64,000 nt of DNA from Candidatus Zixiibacteriota bacterium (GCA_022571845.1 JACZXB010000001.1:459037-523036), one strand, 5' to 3'. Counted from the first letter of the stretch, positions 26,215 through 35,988 are shown. Numbers and translations are program-made. The notes: generated by a model not told the origin, from the sequence alone.

Positions 26215-27234
26215 TCAGACTTTTCTTAGCTCAAAAACCGGCTCTATTTTACCGGTTACTTTCTTGGTATAGTTTTTCACTTCCGGCCTGTCATATATCT
26301 GTAGAAAAGGAAATTTATCAATGCTGTCAACAATATCTAACTGCCTTAAAATTTCCATACAGACCGGCCACAAGGCCCGGGAATTGCCGTCATCTATTTT
26401 TACGGCTATGCCGATTTTTTGTTTCGCAAAACCTATCCCCTCAACCGCTTCCGCCCCTACTTTACAGACTGCATTATCTGGAAGTGAGCGCATCAGGTCA
26501 TAATCAAAGTGCTTTTCTCCTGCTACCATTTTAGGATAGCCGGTCATAGCTTCAAATATTCGCTTAAGAGCTTTCTGCATTTCGGGGGTTTTCCCCTGCC
26601 CGATAGCAAGGTTTTTGAATCCCCTGGCAAGAGCTACAAGCGGAAAAGAGAAGGCCGGAGCGCTACAGCCATCGATTGCCACGCCTATTTTGTCGACCGG
26701 ATATTCGCACATATCGGCCACCGCCTGTTTTATCAGTTTTTGCATTTTGCTTTCCGGGTTCAGGTATTCTTTGGTGTTTTCACCCAGAAATTTTGTCAGC
26801 GCCAGAAAACCAGAATGCTTGCCTGAACAATTATGCCGCAGCCGGTCGTTCTCTTCTTCTTCAGTCGGATAGATGCCGTCAAGACGCAGTCCCATCGGCC
26901 AGTGAGATCCACATTGTAAATCTTCGGCGCTGTTGCCTGCAGCTTTGAGATTCGAAATCACCAATTCTCTGTGTTCATCGGTGCCGTTATGCGAGGCGCA
27001 CATGATTGCTAACTGTTTAACCGAAAAGCCGAAATGGTCAAACCCGCCGGACAATAGCAGCGGCAGCGCCTGAAACGGCTTGACCGATGAGCGCATCGAA
27101 ATCACCATATCCGGTTCACCGGCGTAGCGGGTCAATTCGCCTTGTGCATTGACTACGGCAATCGAACCATAGTGCACCGCTTCAACAGCAGAGCCGCGAT
27201 AGACTTTTGCGAGGGTATCAGGCTGATTTTTCAT
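26215..27234 (-). CDS. Asparaginase-II family (PF06089-like) protein
   Basis: Motifs RSSVKPFQALPLL, ASHNGTDEH and SGKHSGFLAL match my recollection of the thermolabile asparaginase II family. Confidence 0.7.
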   Translation of the reverse strand: MKNQPDTLAKVYRGSAVEAVHYGSIAVVNAQGELTRYAGEPDMVISMRSSVKPFQALPLLLSGGFDHFGFSVKQLAIMCASHNGTDEHRELVISNLKAAGNSAEDLQCGSHWPMGLRLDGIYPTEEEENDRLRHNCSGKHSGFLALTKFLGENTKEYLNPESKMQKLIKQAVADMCEYPVDKIGVAIDGCSAPAFSFPLVALARGFKNLAIGQGKTPEMQKALKRIFEAMTGYPKMVAGEKHFDYDLMRSLPDNAVCKVGAEAVEGIGFAKQKIGIAVKIDDGNSRALWPVCMEILRQLDIVDSIDKFPFLQIYDRPEVKNYTKKVTGKIEPVFELRKV

Positions 27235-27276
27235 GGAGGGAATATAGGAATTTGAAAGTGTGTGCCAAAGTTTTAT

Positions 27277-27304
27277 TGTAGGTCAGGACCCTTGTGGTCC
27301 TGAC
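27277..27304 (-). repeat. REP unit a, left copy
   Basis: The sequence is tGTAGGTCAGGACCcttgtGGTCCTGAC, a 9-bp stem with a 5-nt loop. It is the reverse complement of the unit at 27992-28019 except for one compensatory base pair. Confidence 0.85.
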
Positions 27305-27318
27305 TATTATTTTCAATC

Positions 27319-27358
27319 TCTTGACGACCAGTAACCCGCCTCCTTGGCGTGGTCCCGA
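27319..27358 (-). repeat. REP unit b, left copy (degenerate)
   Basis: CCCGCCTCCTTGGCGTGGTCCcGAC matches the reverse complement of 27899-27925 with 1 mismatch. The outer arm and GTAG have decayed. Confidence 0.7.
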
Positions 27359-27363
27359 CTATT

Positions 27364-27867
27364 TTATTCTCCGAAGCCCTGTGACATATTTGCTTCCTCA
27401 ACTACTCCCCAATCTTTCTGATAATAACCTCTTGCCAAATAATCATGAATCGACGAATGTTCATGCTCAAACGGGCTTCGCGTCAATCCATGCTTGACCG
27501 GATTGTAATGTATATAATCCAAATGCTTTTTTAAATCATCTTCGTTACGAATAATATGATCCCAGAATCTGTGCTGCCAGACCCTGCCGCTAGTTAGTCC
27601 TAATTTTGAGCGATACAGACCGGAAAACTTCTGCTTTATGCCTTTCATAATTTTTGAGATGTCGTTCTGCATTGTGTCAATTATAAGATGGAAATGGTCG
27701 GGTAGTATCACCCAGGCCTTAAGACCCAATGGGAATTTTGCTTTGGTATGATTCAGCGCCGCCCAAAATTCATTTATGTTCTTGATGAGAATAGGCTTTC
27801 GGTTTAACGTTACGCAGGTGACGAAGATTTCTTTGCCGTTCGGATTATATCGCCGAAGATTTGACAC
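27364..27867 (-). CDS. REP-associated tyrosine transposase (RAYT, IS200/Y1 HUH family)
   Basis: It is colinear with E. coli TnpA-REP (YafM). The HUH motif is LPDHFHLII, and other motifs are RFWDH and the catalytic-Tyr motif DYIHYNPVKHG. The start is GTG. Confidence 0.9.
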   Translation of the reverse strand: MSNLRRYNPNGKEIFVTCVTLNRKPILIKNINEFWAALNHTKAKFPLGLKAWVILPDHFHLIIDTMQNDISKIMKGIKQKFSGLYRSKLGLTSGRVWQHRFWDHIIRNEDDLKKHLDYIHYNPVKHGLTRSPFEHEHSSIHDYLARGYYQKDWGVVEEANMSQGFGE

Positions 27868-27898
27868 CTTTCGTTGTTCCTTCTCTTTTTAGATAATC

Positions 27899-27938
27899 GT
27901 CAGGACCACGCCAAGGAGGCGGGATCCTGACCTACAAG
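27899..27938 (+). repeat. REP unit b, right copy (long-loop variant)
   Basis: The sequence is GTCAGGAccaCGCCaaggaGGCGggaTCCTGACCTACAag, an imperfect hairpin ending in CTAC, which is GTAG on the other strand. Confidence 0.8.
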
Positions 27939-27991
27939 AACTTTCAATCGAAAAATTGCAAAGGAAGAAACCGATTGTCAATCACATTCAA

Positions 27992-28019
27992 TTAGTCAGG
28001 ACTACAAGAGTCCTGACCT
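27992..28019 (+). repeat. REP unit a, right copy
   Basis: The sequence is GTCAGGACTacaagAGTCCTGACCTACA. Confidence 0.85.
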
Positions 28020-28023
28020 ACAA

Positions 28024-28740
28024 TTAATTGCCGCTATTTAGCACTACTCCCCCGCTCTGAAACTCAACGCCCCGGACCGGTTTGTTTTGTGCTTTTGGAC
28101 TGATACAGGAATCTGGCGCGCCGGTTCTCGACGGCAGGACGCGTAGCGTCATTTTTTCATTATCTGACTTTAGTGATAAGTATAAACTGTCACCTGATAT
28201 ATTAGTAACCGTATTGTCGCCGCAGTCCTGCCAATAGAAAAAGATTTTGAGAATCGAGTCGGTTTCTAAATCAATTTGTGAGCTGTCGACATGGATAACA
28301 AGTTTTGCTATTGAGGCTTTTCTGTCAAAACCGTAACAGACCGGACGGACGGTGTCTCCGCCGAACTCGGCCATGGCCAATATCTGCCAGACTCCTATGG
28401 GAGCCTCGCCGGAAGTCTTGAAAGAGACATCGCGAGTGTTAAAAAATTTCCACCCGCAGGAATCGGGTATTTCTCCGGGAATGATTTCGAGTATCTCCAG
28501 CGCTGGTGAATCAAAACCAATTTTGATATCAACACCGCCGATAGGCTTGCCCGATGATTCGATGTCGATATCTATTGTATCGATTAGTTGTCCCAAAGAA
28601 TACGATTCACTTTCGATCGTGATTTTATAGTATGGCATATTAGCCTTCGTGGAATCTTCTGAAAAGATATCACCGGCCGTTAAAATCACTATTAGAAAAA
28701 TAATGCGGCAGAGATAGTTTGTTCTTAGCAGTCTTATCAT
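28024..28740 (-). CDS. Exported protein, unknown function (beta-sandwich-like)
   Basis: It has a signal/TM N-terminus (IIFLIVILTAGDIF). I recognise no catalytic motif. Confidence 0.5.
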   Translation of the reverse strand: MIRLLRTNYLCRIIFLIVILTAGDIFSEDSTKANMPYYKITIESESYSLGQLIDTIDIDIESSGKPIGGVDIKIGFDSPALEILEIIPGEIPDSCGWKFFNTRDVSFKTSGEAPIGVWQILAMAEFGGDTVRPVCYGFDRKASIAKLVIHVDSSQIDLETDSILKIFFYWQDCGDNTVTNISGDSLYLSLKSDNEKMTLRVLPSRTGAPDSCISPKAQNKPVRGVEFQSGGVVLNSGN

Positions 28741-28763
28741 ACCTGTTTAGAATTTCACAAAAA

Positions 28764-28795
28764 AACCCGCCATATAAGACGGGGTTTTTTTCGAT
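28764..28795 (-). terminator. Putative intrinsic terminator (A-run/T-run flanked, could act in both directions)
   Basis: The sequence is aaaaaaaCCCGccatataagaCGGGGttttttt, about 10 nt downstream of the stop of 28806..29411. Confidence 0.5.
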
Positions 28796-28805
28796 TCAAA
28801 TCTTT

Positions 28806-29411
28806 CTATTCTTTTATTGTCGCAGGCGCTTCTTTGACAACCTTAAATTTGTACGGCCCGCCCCATTCGGGATAGTGCGCAGTCTGATTAGGACCGGCAT
28901 AAATCCATCTTCCGCTCGGAGGCCAGTAGCTGGAGTCTATGACAAATGTTCCCACGGTTGGAATCATCAAATCCAACGAAAGCTGTTTTTGCTTTTCGTG
29001 CGCCTCGTAAGATTTTTTGATGCTTACTCCGCCAAAGCCGATTGTATCTGCCAGTTTGCCATCCCAGCTTCTTTCGACAACAAAAATACCCTGCATATCC
29101 CAGACAGAATTATCTTCCCAGCCGTTGTAGGCTTTGATGTCACCGGTTTCATTAAGACCATTACCGCTGTCTGCAATATGGACAATCTCTTTGATGTCAT
29201 CTGATTTTAGACAGAAACCGATTGTAAAACCCAGCCGCGTAGTTTCATTGGTAAAGTAAAAGTCGGCTGAAAACGGTTTGCCAGCTATAATCGTGCTGTC
29301 GTTAAGCGCCCCTTCGCCTGATATCTGAACGCTAATTGAGGCACTCTGAACTGAGCCAATCGTTAGTATCAGCCCTGATACAACAAGGGACAGAAGTTTA
29401 AGTTTTGACAT
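28806..29411 (-). CDS. Exported protein, unknown function
   Basis: It has a signal peptide (LILTIGSVQSAS). It is beta-rich with no recognised motif. Confidence 0.55.
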   Translation of the reverse strand: MSKLKLLSLVVSGLILTIGSVQSASISVQISGEGALNDSTIIAGKPFSADFYFTNETTRLGFTIGFCLKSDDIKEIVHIADSGNGLNETGDIKAYNGWEDNSVWDMQGIFVVERSWDGKLADTIGFGGVSIKKSYEAHEKQKQLSLDLMIPTVGTFVIDSSYWPPSGRWIYAGPNQTAHYPEWGGPYKFKVVKEAPATIKE

Positions 29412-29545
29412 TTTCTTCTCCTAAATTTCTCATGAAAACTGGTAGTATTTTCTATTGAATATCGATTCTTCTACAGAAATTAGTATGGATTGTTCCTCCT
29501 GTCAACAGCCGATATTGAAGGCGCAAAAACTGCCCAATATGGGCA

Positions 29546-30316
29546 TTATAGAGGCAGCTCCAAACCATCTTCGGCAATCGAGACATTTGATACCCCGCTC
29601 TTGCTAATGGCCTGCTTGATCTGTTCTACTTCTTCAGACGATCCAAGATGTGTTAAAATATACCGGCCAACATTATATTCTCCTGAGACCATCAAGAATT
29701 TTTCAATATTAATATGGGTTGTTTCAATTATAACGTAGTCGTTATTTCTTAAATATTTGGTGACATCTTCGAACTCCCCCAAATCGGCCGAATAAAAAAG
29801 TCGTTTGTCTGCAATCTCTATTTGAAAACAATGGCATTGCATCTTATTAGGGATATCAAGCCCGTCAATATCTTCTGCATATCTTTTTAAGTGATTCGTC
29901 TCATACGCTTTGAGGCTGAAGCCGTTATCAAATTCAAATCCTGATTCATAGCCGATAAGTTTAAGCTCAAACGGCATTCTCTCCGGCCAAAGATAGACTG
30001 CATAGAGATACTGCCTGAATATTTCAACAAATTCTGACGGAAGATAAACATCGAGTCTGTCCGTCCGCCCATTAAGATATATCAGCTGAATGAATAGCGA
30101 CAGTTCACAGACATGGTCTGAATGGGTATGGCTGATAAATATTCTGTCAACTTTGAGTGGATCAGCGCCTGTTCTTAAAAATGAACTGGTTACCCCGCCG
30201 CCGCAATCTATCAGGCTGCAGCTGCCTCCAACTTTTAGAAGGTAGCCGGAGCAGGACCTTTCGGCCTGCGCAAAACCGGACGATGAACCCAGGACTGTAA
30301 ATGAATTTTTTGACAT
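29546..30316 (-). CDS. MBL-fold metallo-hydrolase (RNase Z/BN-like small form)
   Basis: It carries the motif ISHTHSDHV (HxHxDH), a downstream ETNH, and a C-terminal THL. Confidence 0.8.
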   Translation of the reverse strand: MSKNSFTVLGSSSGFAQAERSCSGYLLKVGGSCSLIDCGGGVTSSFLRTGADPLKVDRIFISHTHSDHVCELSLFIQLIYLNGRTDRLDVYLPSEFVEIFRQYLYAVYLWPERMPFELKLIGYESGFEFDNGFSLKAYETNHLKRYAEDIDGLDIPNKMQCHCFQIEIADKRLFYSADLGEFEDVTKYLRNNDYVIIETTHINIEKFLMVSGEYNVGRYILTHLGSSEEVEQIKQAISKSGVSNVSIAEDGLELPL

Positions 30317-30338
30317 TTATAAATCACAGATGCTGAAT

Positions 30339-31367
30339 TTAACTGAATGCTTTTGAAATCCGCTCCAGAGCTTCATTGCAGTCCTCTTCTGAAACATCGA
30401 GATGCGTAACAAATCGAATTTTGGTCTCGCTGTAAGCTACTGCTCTGATACCTATCGAAGTCATCTTTTCTATTACCTCAGCGGCATTTCTTCCTGATTT
30501 CAAATATATGGCTATTATGTTTGTCTGCACTTTATCCAAATCAATTTCGAACGTTTCCAGAGCATTTAATCCTTCGCCCAAAATTCTGGCATTAGAGTGA
30601 TCTTTAGCCAAGCCTTCAATATTATTCTTGGCAGCATACAATCCTGCAGCGGCAATAATTCCGGCCTGACGCATTGCTCCACCGAACAGCTTTCTTTCTC
30701 GGCGGCATTTTTCAATAAACTCGCTGCTGCCGATAATCATCGAACCGACCGGCGCTCCCAGTCCTTTTGACAAGCAGACCGAGATAGAATCAAACGGGTC
30801 TGTCAGTTCTTTTAACGAAAGATCTGTGGCAACATGAACATTCCATATTCTGGCGCCATCAAGGTGAAAAATTAGTTCATGCTCTTTACATAATTTTGCC
30901 AGCTCGACAATTTCGTTTTGAGGAATTATTGTACCGCCATGCCGGTTGTGTGAGTTCTCAACTGCTACTATTTTGGTTAATGGTGAGTGAATGTTTCTTG
31001 GCCTGATATTCTTTCTCACCAAGTCAGCGGTTAATGATCCCGAATCTGTAGTCAGCAGGTTTACTAGTAACCCCGCATGAACTGCCGGTCCGGCGACCTC
31101 GTAGTTGACCAGGTGACACTCTCTTTCACATAAGAGCTCCCAGCCCGGCTGGCTATTTGTTTTCAGGCAGATCTGATTGGCCATAGTACCAGACGGCACA
31201 AAAAGAGACGAATCCCTGTCAAACAGTTCAGCTATAAAATTTTCAAGTTCGTTTACTGTCGGGTCGTCGCCAAAAACATCATCACCTACTTCGGCCGTTT
31301 GCATAGCCTGGCGCATCGCTTCGGATGGCTTGGTGACGGTATCTGATCGTAAATCAATTATTTTCAT
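30339..31367 (-). CDS. ltaE: Low-specificity L-threonine aldolase
   Basis: The N-terminus is IDLRSDTVTKPSEAMRQAM..GDDVFGDDPTVNELE. Other motifs are ENSHNRHGG and the LSKGLGAP lysine region. Confidence 0.85.
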   Translation of the reverse strand: MKIIDLRSDTVTKPSEAMRQAMQTAEVGDDVFGDDPTVNELENFIAELFDRDSSLFVPSGTMANQICLKTNSQPGWELLCERECHLVNYEVAGPAVHAGLLVNLLTTDSGSLTADLVRKNIRPRNIHSPLTKIVAVENSHNRHGGTIIPQNEIVELAKLCKEHELIFHLDGARIWNVHVATDLSLKELTDPFDSISVCLSKGLGAPVGSMIIGSSEFIEKCRRERKLFGGAMRQAGIIAAAGLYAAKNNIEGLAKDHSNARILGEGLNALETFEIDLDKVQTNIIAIYLKSGRNAAEVIEKMTSIGIRAVAYSETKIRFVTHLDVSEEDCNEALERISKAFS

Positions 31368-31435
31368 TCTTGCGAATATAAGTGGTTTTAAAAGTTAGGC
31401 AACTTCAGGGAGAGGCTAATTTTTCTAATTTAAAT

Positions 31436-31461
31436 AAAAAAAGCCACCATGTTAAAGCGGC
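31436..31461 (-). terminator. Putative csp terminator
   Basis: The minus strand reads GCCGCtttaacatGGTGGC followed by T7. The G-U wobble in the stem exists only on the minus strand. Confidence 0.45.
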
Positions 31462-31490
31462 ATTAACAAATTTGGCAATTGCTTAATTTT

Positions 31491-31709
31491 TTACTCGGCC
31501 AATTCCGCCAGGGTCACGTTGAGAGCTCTTGGACCCTGCTCTGTTTTGGTCAATTCGTATTGGACTTCCTGTCCTTCTTTGAGTGTTTTAAATCCCTCCA
31601 TTTTAATAGCACTATAATGGACGAATATATCCTGTTCGATTCCCTCGCTGGTTATAAAACCCCAGCCTTTTAAGTCATTGAAGTATTTAACTCTACCTTT
31701 GGACATCAA
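31491..31709 (-). CDS. csp: Cold-shock protein (CspA family)
   Basis: The sequence GRVKYFNDLKGWGFI..DIFVHYSAI contains the RNP1/RNP2 motifs. Length is 72 aa. Confidence 0.9.
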   Translation of the reverse strand: MMSKGRVKYFNDLKGWGFITSEGIEQDIFVHYSAIKMEGFKTLKEGQEVQYELTKTEQGPRALNVTLAELAE

Positions 31710-31754
31710 TTCCTCCGAGGCTTAGCGACTAACATCTGTACCCCCTATAATGTT

Positions 31755-31783
31755 ATTATAAATATGGATTAGCTTCTTGCCAA
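31755..31783 (-). promoter_or_regulatory. Sigma70-type promoter for csp
   Basis: The minus strand reads TTGGCA-N17-TATAAT, with the -10 about 45 nt upstream of the ATG. Confidence 0.5.
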
Positions 31784-31800
31784 CAAAAATTTGGCAGAAA

Positions 31801-32433
31801 TCAGTTAATTGAGCTCAAAACTATAAACATAGTCATGGCCAGCCCTGACAAAAGCGGCACCGAGACATTATCGTCCACTCCCATCGGCCAAGCTTCAACT
31901 AAAGTGGCAACTAACGCCCCTAAGAGAGCTACCTGCAACGATATGCCTGGAGTAAAAACAGCTACTAAAAATGTCGCTGCCAGACAGCCGAGGGAACCTT
32001 CCAGAGTCTTATTTCCTATTTTAGTACGGCCAAATTTCCGTCCAATCAAAGCGGCAGCGACATCGCCAACTATAATGAAAGAAATCGCTGCAATTGCTAC
32101 CGGCTTGCTGAATAAGGCTACCGAGACTGAAGCAGTCAGGAGAATATATGTTGCCCCGGTCAGGTCACCATCTTGCTCATGTTTACGCAGCATATGCGAG
32201 ATAACTCGGCTGCCCAGGACTCTCCAGAACCACCACTTCCTCAATCTGGAAATATCAATGACCAGCATGAGCAGTGTGATACCGGACAGAATCCAGAATG
32301 CTGTCGCTTGTTCCAGCCCTAGAAAGTAATATCCACCGGGGATAACCAGAGCGCCTATATGCGTTGACTTTCTTAAAAGTTCCTGTTTAAAACTTATGTT
32401 ACCACCAGATGTACTAGGAACCGTTTCCTTCAT
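31801..32433 (-). CDS. Polyprenol/phytol/dolichol kinase-family membrane protein (CTP-dependent, CdsA-like fold)
   Basis: It is polytopic, with motifs LRKSTHI and GRKFGRTKIGNKTLEGSLG. Confidence 0.65.
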   Translation of the reverse strand: MKETVPSTSGGNISFKQELLRKSTHIGALVIPGGYYFLGLEQATAFWILSGITLLMLVIDISRLRKWWFWRVLGSRVISHMLRKHEQDGDLTGATYILLTASVSVALFSKPVAIAAISFIIVGDVAAALIGRKFGRTKIGNKTLEGSLGCLAATFLVAVFTPGISLQVALLGALVATLVEAWPMGVDDNVSVPLLSGLAMTMFIVLSSIN

Positions 32434-34201
32434 CTGATTCTCTGCGCTGACCTAAAGGTTTTAAGTGTATGGGAAAAATTCTATTTGAAATCGAAACGTT
32501 ATACTTTGTAAAAAGCTTTTTCTTCACTTCAACTTTCTGTCTTTCAAAATCTATGATCTTTAGTATTTTTTGGATTTCTGGTACCGCTCCTTTGAACGAA
32601 ACAGTCATTTTCTTCTCTATAACCTTTATTATGTGATAACCATACTCGGTCTGAACCGGTCTGCTTATTTGTCCTGCACCTGTTACACGCGCGGTTTCAA
32701 AAAACTCCGCTGATACATCGTCCGGTCCGATAAATCCAAGATCGGCTAGCTCAATTCTTATCTCTTCTTCGCCGGGATAGTAGTCTCTGGCTAGTTTCAT
32801 GAAATCAGCACCTGCAATCGCCTGATCTCTGACAAACTCAGCAAACAGGGAATCTTCGACAAGTATGTGCTGGACATTGAAAGGCTTTTCTACAACATAC
32901 TTATCAATGTTTTCTTGATAGTAATCTTTCATCTGTTCTGTGGTCGGTTCCCAGCGATGATTGATAATTCTACTTTCAACAATATGCCTTGAAAAAGTGT
33001 GCTTAATACCGGCTATCTGTTTGGTAATGTGCGGCAAAGTATCCAGTTTCATCTTTCGAGCTTGCTGGACAATGACCCACTTCCGGGCAATTATTCTGAC
33101 CATCTCCTTTTTCATCTCGACGGTCGAACTGGATACGTTATATGTCTTCTTGATTTTCTCTTCGCCGACTCTTAGATCACCAAAATCAATTGTATCTGCC
33201 TGGTTTACTATGGCTGCCCAGATCGGTTTATCTACTTTGTAAATATTCGTATCATAGAGAGGTTCGTTGTACTCAACCTCCATATCGGAAAAGAGTGTAT
33301 CAAAAACCAGCATGCTGTATTCCCGGATCTTATCGCTCAAAACTTTTGACCGGGCAATAGCATACTGCTCCGGATTCAAGGCGGGTACGCCTTCGGGAAT
33401 ATAGTGCTCAATGTACAGAATCTGCCAGCCGTCTTTATCTCTATAAGGGCCAACGATATCTCCAGGCCTTGCCGCAAAGGCTACGGAGTCAAACGGCCAG
33501 GCAAAAAAACCGGGTTGAACCCATTCAATTAATCCGCCTCTGCGGGCAGAAACTTCATCATGAGAAAACTTTTTTGCCGCTTCAATAAATTCATCTTTAG
33601 AATTAATGCCTGATTTTAAATGAAAAGCAATTTCTTTTGAGGCTTGCTCAAGCGCACTATCAGACATAGCCCGGTATTTCAGTGAATCCGGCCCGTGTTT
33701 GAGAGATAACTTTGAAATGACGATGTGGCGAGTCTGCATCTGTTCTTTTAGACTGAATTCCTCTGTATGTTCTCTGATATATTTGAATATTTCTGAAGTA
33801 TCCACGGATACTTTGCTATGAATCGCATTATTGTAATAGACATCTGACATTAAAGTAGCATAGCTTGCCCGGTACCTGCTGTAATATTTATAGTGGTTAC
33901 TTAAATCGACCTCTGTTGCCTCAAACCCGAGCAAAGTGTCTACGACCATGCTATCAACCAGCTCCTTTACTATTGATTTTTCAAGTATTCCACCTTTAGG
34001 TAGCATGGTGCTGTTAGCTAATCGTTGATAGAATTGCGCTGTTGTCAGGCTGTAATTATTGTCTGCTCTGGCAATTTCGTTTTCAAACTTGCTCAAATCT
34101 TTCTGATAGATAATTACAGGTACAGGTCGGCAGAACGTTAGAAATACTGTTGCTAAAATAATGGGAAAAAGAATTTTTAATTTTCTCAAAACTAAACACA
34201 C
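32414..34201 (-). CDS. Periplasmic parvulin-type peptidyl-prolyl isomerase (SurA/PpiD-like, two PPIase modules)
   Basis: It has an N-terminal anchor and two rotamase-like segments (TRHIVISK..GGLIEW..GWQILY and VQHILVED..LGFIG..YGYHIIKV). Confidence 0.75.
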   Translation of the reverse strand: MCLVLRKLKILFPIILATVFLTFCRPVPVIIYQKDLSKFENEIARADNNYSLTTAQFYQRLANSTMLPKGGILEKSIVKELVDSMVVDTLLGFEATEVDLSNHYKYYSRYRASYATLMSDVYYNNAIHSKVSVDTSEIFKYIREHTEEFSLKEQMQTRHIVISKLSLKHGPDSLKYRAMSDSALEQASKEIAFHLKSGINSKDEFIEAAKKFSHDEVSARRGGLIEWVQPGFFAWPFDSVAFAARPGDIVGPYRDKDGWQILYIEHYIPEGVPALNPEQYAIARSKVLSDKIREYSMLVFDTLFSDMEVEYNEPLYDTNIYKVDKPIWAAIVNQADTIDFGDLRVGEEKIKKTYNVSSSTVEMKKEMVRIIARKWVIVQQARKMKLDTLPHITKQIAGIKHTFSRHIVESRIINHRWEPTTEQMKDYYQENIDKYVVEKPFNVQHILVEDSLFAEFVRDQAIAGADFMKLARDYYPGEEEIRIELADLGFIGPDDVSAEFFETARVTGAGQISRPVQTEYGYHIIKVIEKKMTVSFKGAVPEIQKILKIIDFERQKVEVKKKLFTKYNVSISNRIFPIHLKPLGQRRESDEGNGS

Positions 34202-34252
34202 CTCTCAGGTTGAAGTCTGTTAAATTATACAGCTGCAGAGAAAAAACAAGTC

Positions 34253-35980
34253 CTAAAAGGAAATTGATTCCTCAGATAATGAGCCGGAAATCTTACTGGT
34301 GCGCCGGGCCAGATCAGCCAGTCCAAGCTGCGAGTAAGTCTTAAAGTCAAGAATAAACGAAGTCCCGAGGTTCTCTTCTGATTCTATCCTGATATCAATT
34401 CCCAGAACTTCTGCTAATCTGTGCACAATAGCTAATCCCAGGCCAGTACCCCCTTTTCTGGTCGAGAAAAACGGCTGAAAAGCTTTATTGGTTAATTCTG
34501 CCGACATACCGGGGCCATTATCTATTACTTCCAATCTTACGATTTGCTGCTCAGCAAGGTATAAGACTTTGAAAGTTATCTCGCCCGGTTGACCTTCGAA
34601 AGCCTGACAGGCATTAACCGCCAAATTTATCAAAATCTGCTTAATAAGATCTTCATCACCGATCACATAAACTATTGACTCTTCTGAATCAAGATTTACT
34701 TTGATATTTGAATTTATTGATTCGTCCCGGTAAAGAATTTCCATAGTTTCTGAAATCAGATGACACAATTCAACTTTGTTGAATGTCCTATGCTCAATAC
34801 TGGCATATTGAAGAAATTTTGTTAGCATTTTGGTTAAGCGATCAGATTCCTTAATTATCAGGTCCATCAGCTGCTGATTACTGCCTTCCAGATTCAATTC
34901 ATTTTTTATTACTTCTACAGAGCCAGATATTGCTGCCAGGGGGTTTCTGATTTCATGGGCGATACAGGCCGATAATTCGCCAATAGCCGACAATCTGTCT
35001 GCTGACCTGACCTTGTGTTCTAATTCTTTGGCTTCAGTCAAGTCAGTAAATATCACAATAAGTCCGCGCAGCCCACCATCGGGTTCTGTTAATACAGATG
35101 TTGACAGTCCCAATGGAATAACATTACCTTTGCTTACTTCGATCTGCAATTCCTTTCTGGGAAATTCGATTCTTTCGTTTATACCTGCCTTAAGACATCT
35201 GGCGAGTTCTGGCATCTTCTTTTGAAAAACGGTGTGGCAATCCTTGCCCCTGATATCCTTTTCTTTGAAACCCGTGATTATCTCTGCGGCTCTGTTAAAA
35301 AATATAATCACGCCTCTGGCATCGATGCTCATCAGCCCCGAACTGAGATGTCTGAGGATGTCGTCTGTTTCAAGTTTGGCAATTCTAAGCGCTCTTGAAG
35401 TATCTTCCAGTTGCCTGGCGCCGGACTTAATTCTTTCAGCCAGATAGCCTGAGATAAATGCTACCAGATAGAAGATCAAAAAATGGAAAAAGATAGCATA
35501 GAACAATCGTTCCTTGCCGGCAAAAAACCTGGTCAGTTCTTCGATTGATAAAGACAAATGAGCATCTATGATATAAACAAGCCATACTATTATGCTCAAA
35601 GCCGAAGAAACAATTGTGGCCATCAAAAGTGTACCAGCCAGCCGGTAAACCAGAGCGGCAGAGGCTATGGTCAAAACAAACATCGCTGTAAGTGGAGAAC
35701 TTATGTCACCGGTGGAGTAGACAACAACTGACTCTAAAGCAATTTCGCATACAAAGTGAAGCGCCACAACCCAGGGAGTTATCATCGAAAGCTTGCGCTT
35801 GAACTTCTTTGTAAGAGATACTCCTACAGCAAGAGTCAGAAGTGAATAGATAATGACAGGCAGCTGGATAAAGCCGGGGAAATCCATCCAGAGCACAATT
35901 GCCGCAAATAGAATTACATAAGACGCCAGTCTGAGCGGCAGAAACCAGTCAATTCTTTCCAGATGTCTATTTCTTGTCAT
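34253..35980 (-). CDS. Sensor histidine kinase (multi-TM + PAS + HisKA + HATPase), PilS-like architecture
   Basis: It has about 6 N-terminal TM helices, a PAS region (GLMSIDARGVIIFFNRAAEIITG), the H-box CIAHEIRNPLAAISG, and N/G boxes NLAVNA and DNGPGM..GTGLGLAIV. I chose the ATG at 35980. The track uses TTG 35989. Confidence 0.85.
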   Translation of the reverse strand: MTRNRHLERIDWFLPLRLASYVILFAAIVLWMDFPGFIQLPVIIYSLLTLAVGVSLTKKFKRKLSMITPWVVALHFVCEIALESVVVYSTGDISSPLTAMFVLTIASAALVYRLAGTLLMATIVSSALSIIVWLVYIIDAHLSLSIEELTRFFAGKERLFYAIFFHFLIFYLVAFISGYLAERIKSGARQLEDTSRALRIAKLETDDILRHLSSGLMSIDARGVIIFFNRAAEIITGFKEKDIRGKDCHTVFQKKMPELARCLKAGINERIEFPRKELQIEVSKGNVIPLGLSTSVLTEPDGGLRGLIVIFTDLTEAKELEHKVRSADRLSAIGELSACIAHEIRNPLAAISGSVEVIKNELNLEGSNQQLMDLIIKESDRLTKMLTKFLQYASIEHRTFNKVELCHLISETMEILYRDESINSNIKVNLDSEESIVYVIGDEDLIKQILINLAVNACQAFEGQPGEITFKVLYLAEQQIVRLEVIDNGPGMSAELTNKAFQPFFSTRKGGTGLGLAIVHRLAEVLGIDIRIESEENLGTSFILDFKTYSQLGLADLARRTSKISGSLSEESISF

Positions 35981-35988
35981 ATATAGCA

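Larger units (their letters stand above)
27277..28019. mobile_element. REP-associated tyrosine transposase locus (RAYT gene bracketed by nested inverted REP hairpins)
   Basis: Four GTAG-tailed palindromic units sit in inverted pairs around the RAYT ORF (see the repeat features). Confidence 0.8.

Noticed and set aside
31835-32329. A long antisense ORF (164 aa). Similar ones are at 16648..17091, 28719..29204, 26196..26948 and 35974..36327.
   Set aside because: All lie opposite well-supported genes and have low-complexity, Ser/Pro/Arg-rich shadow-like translations. No independent signals support them.
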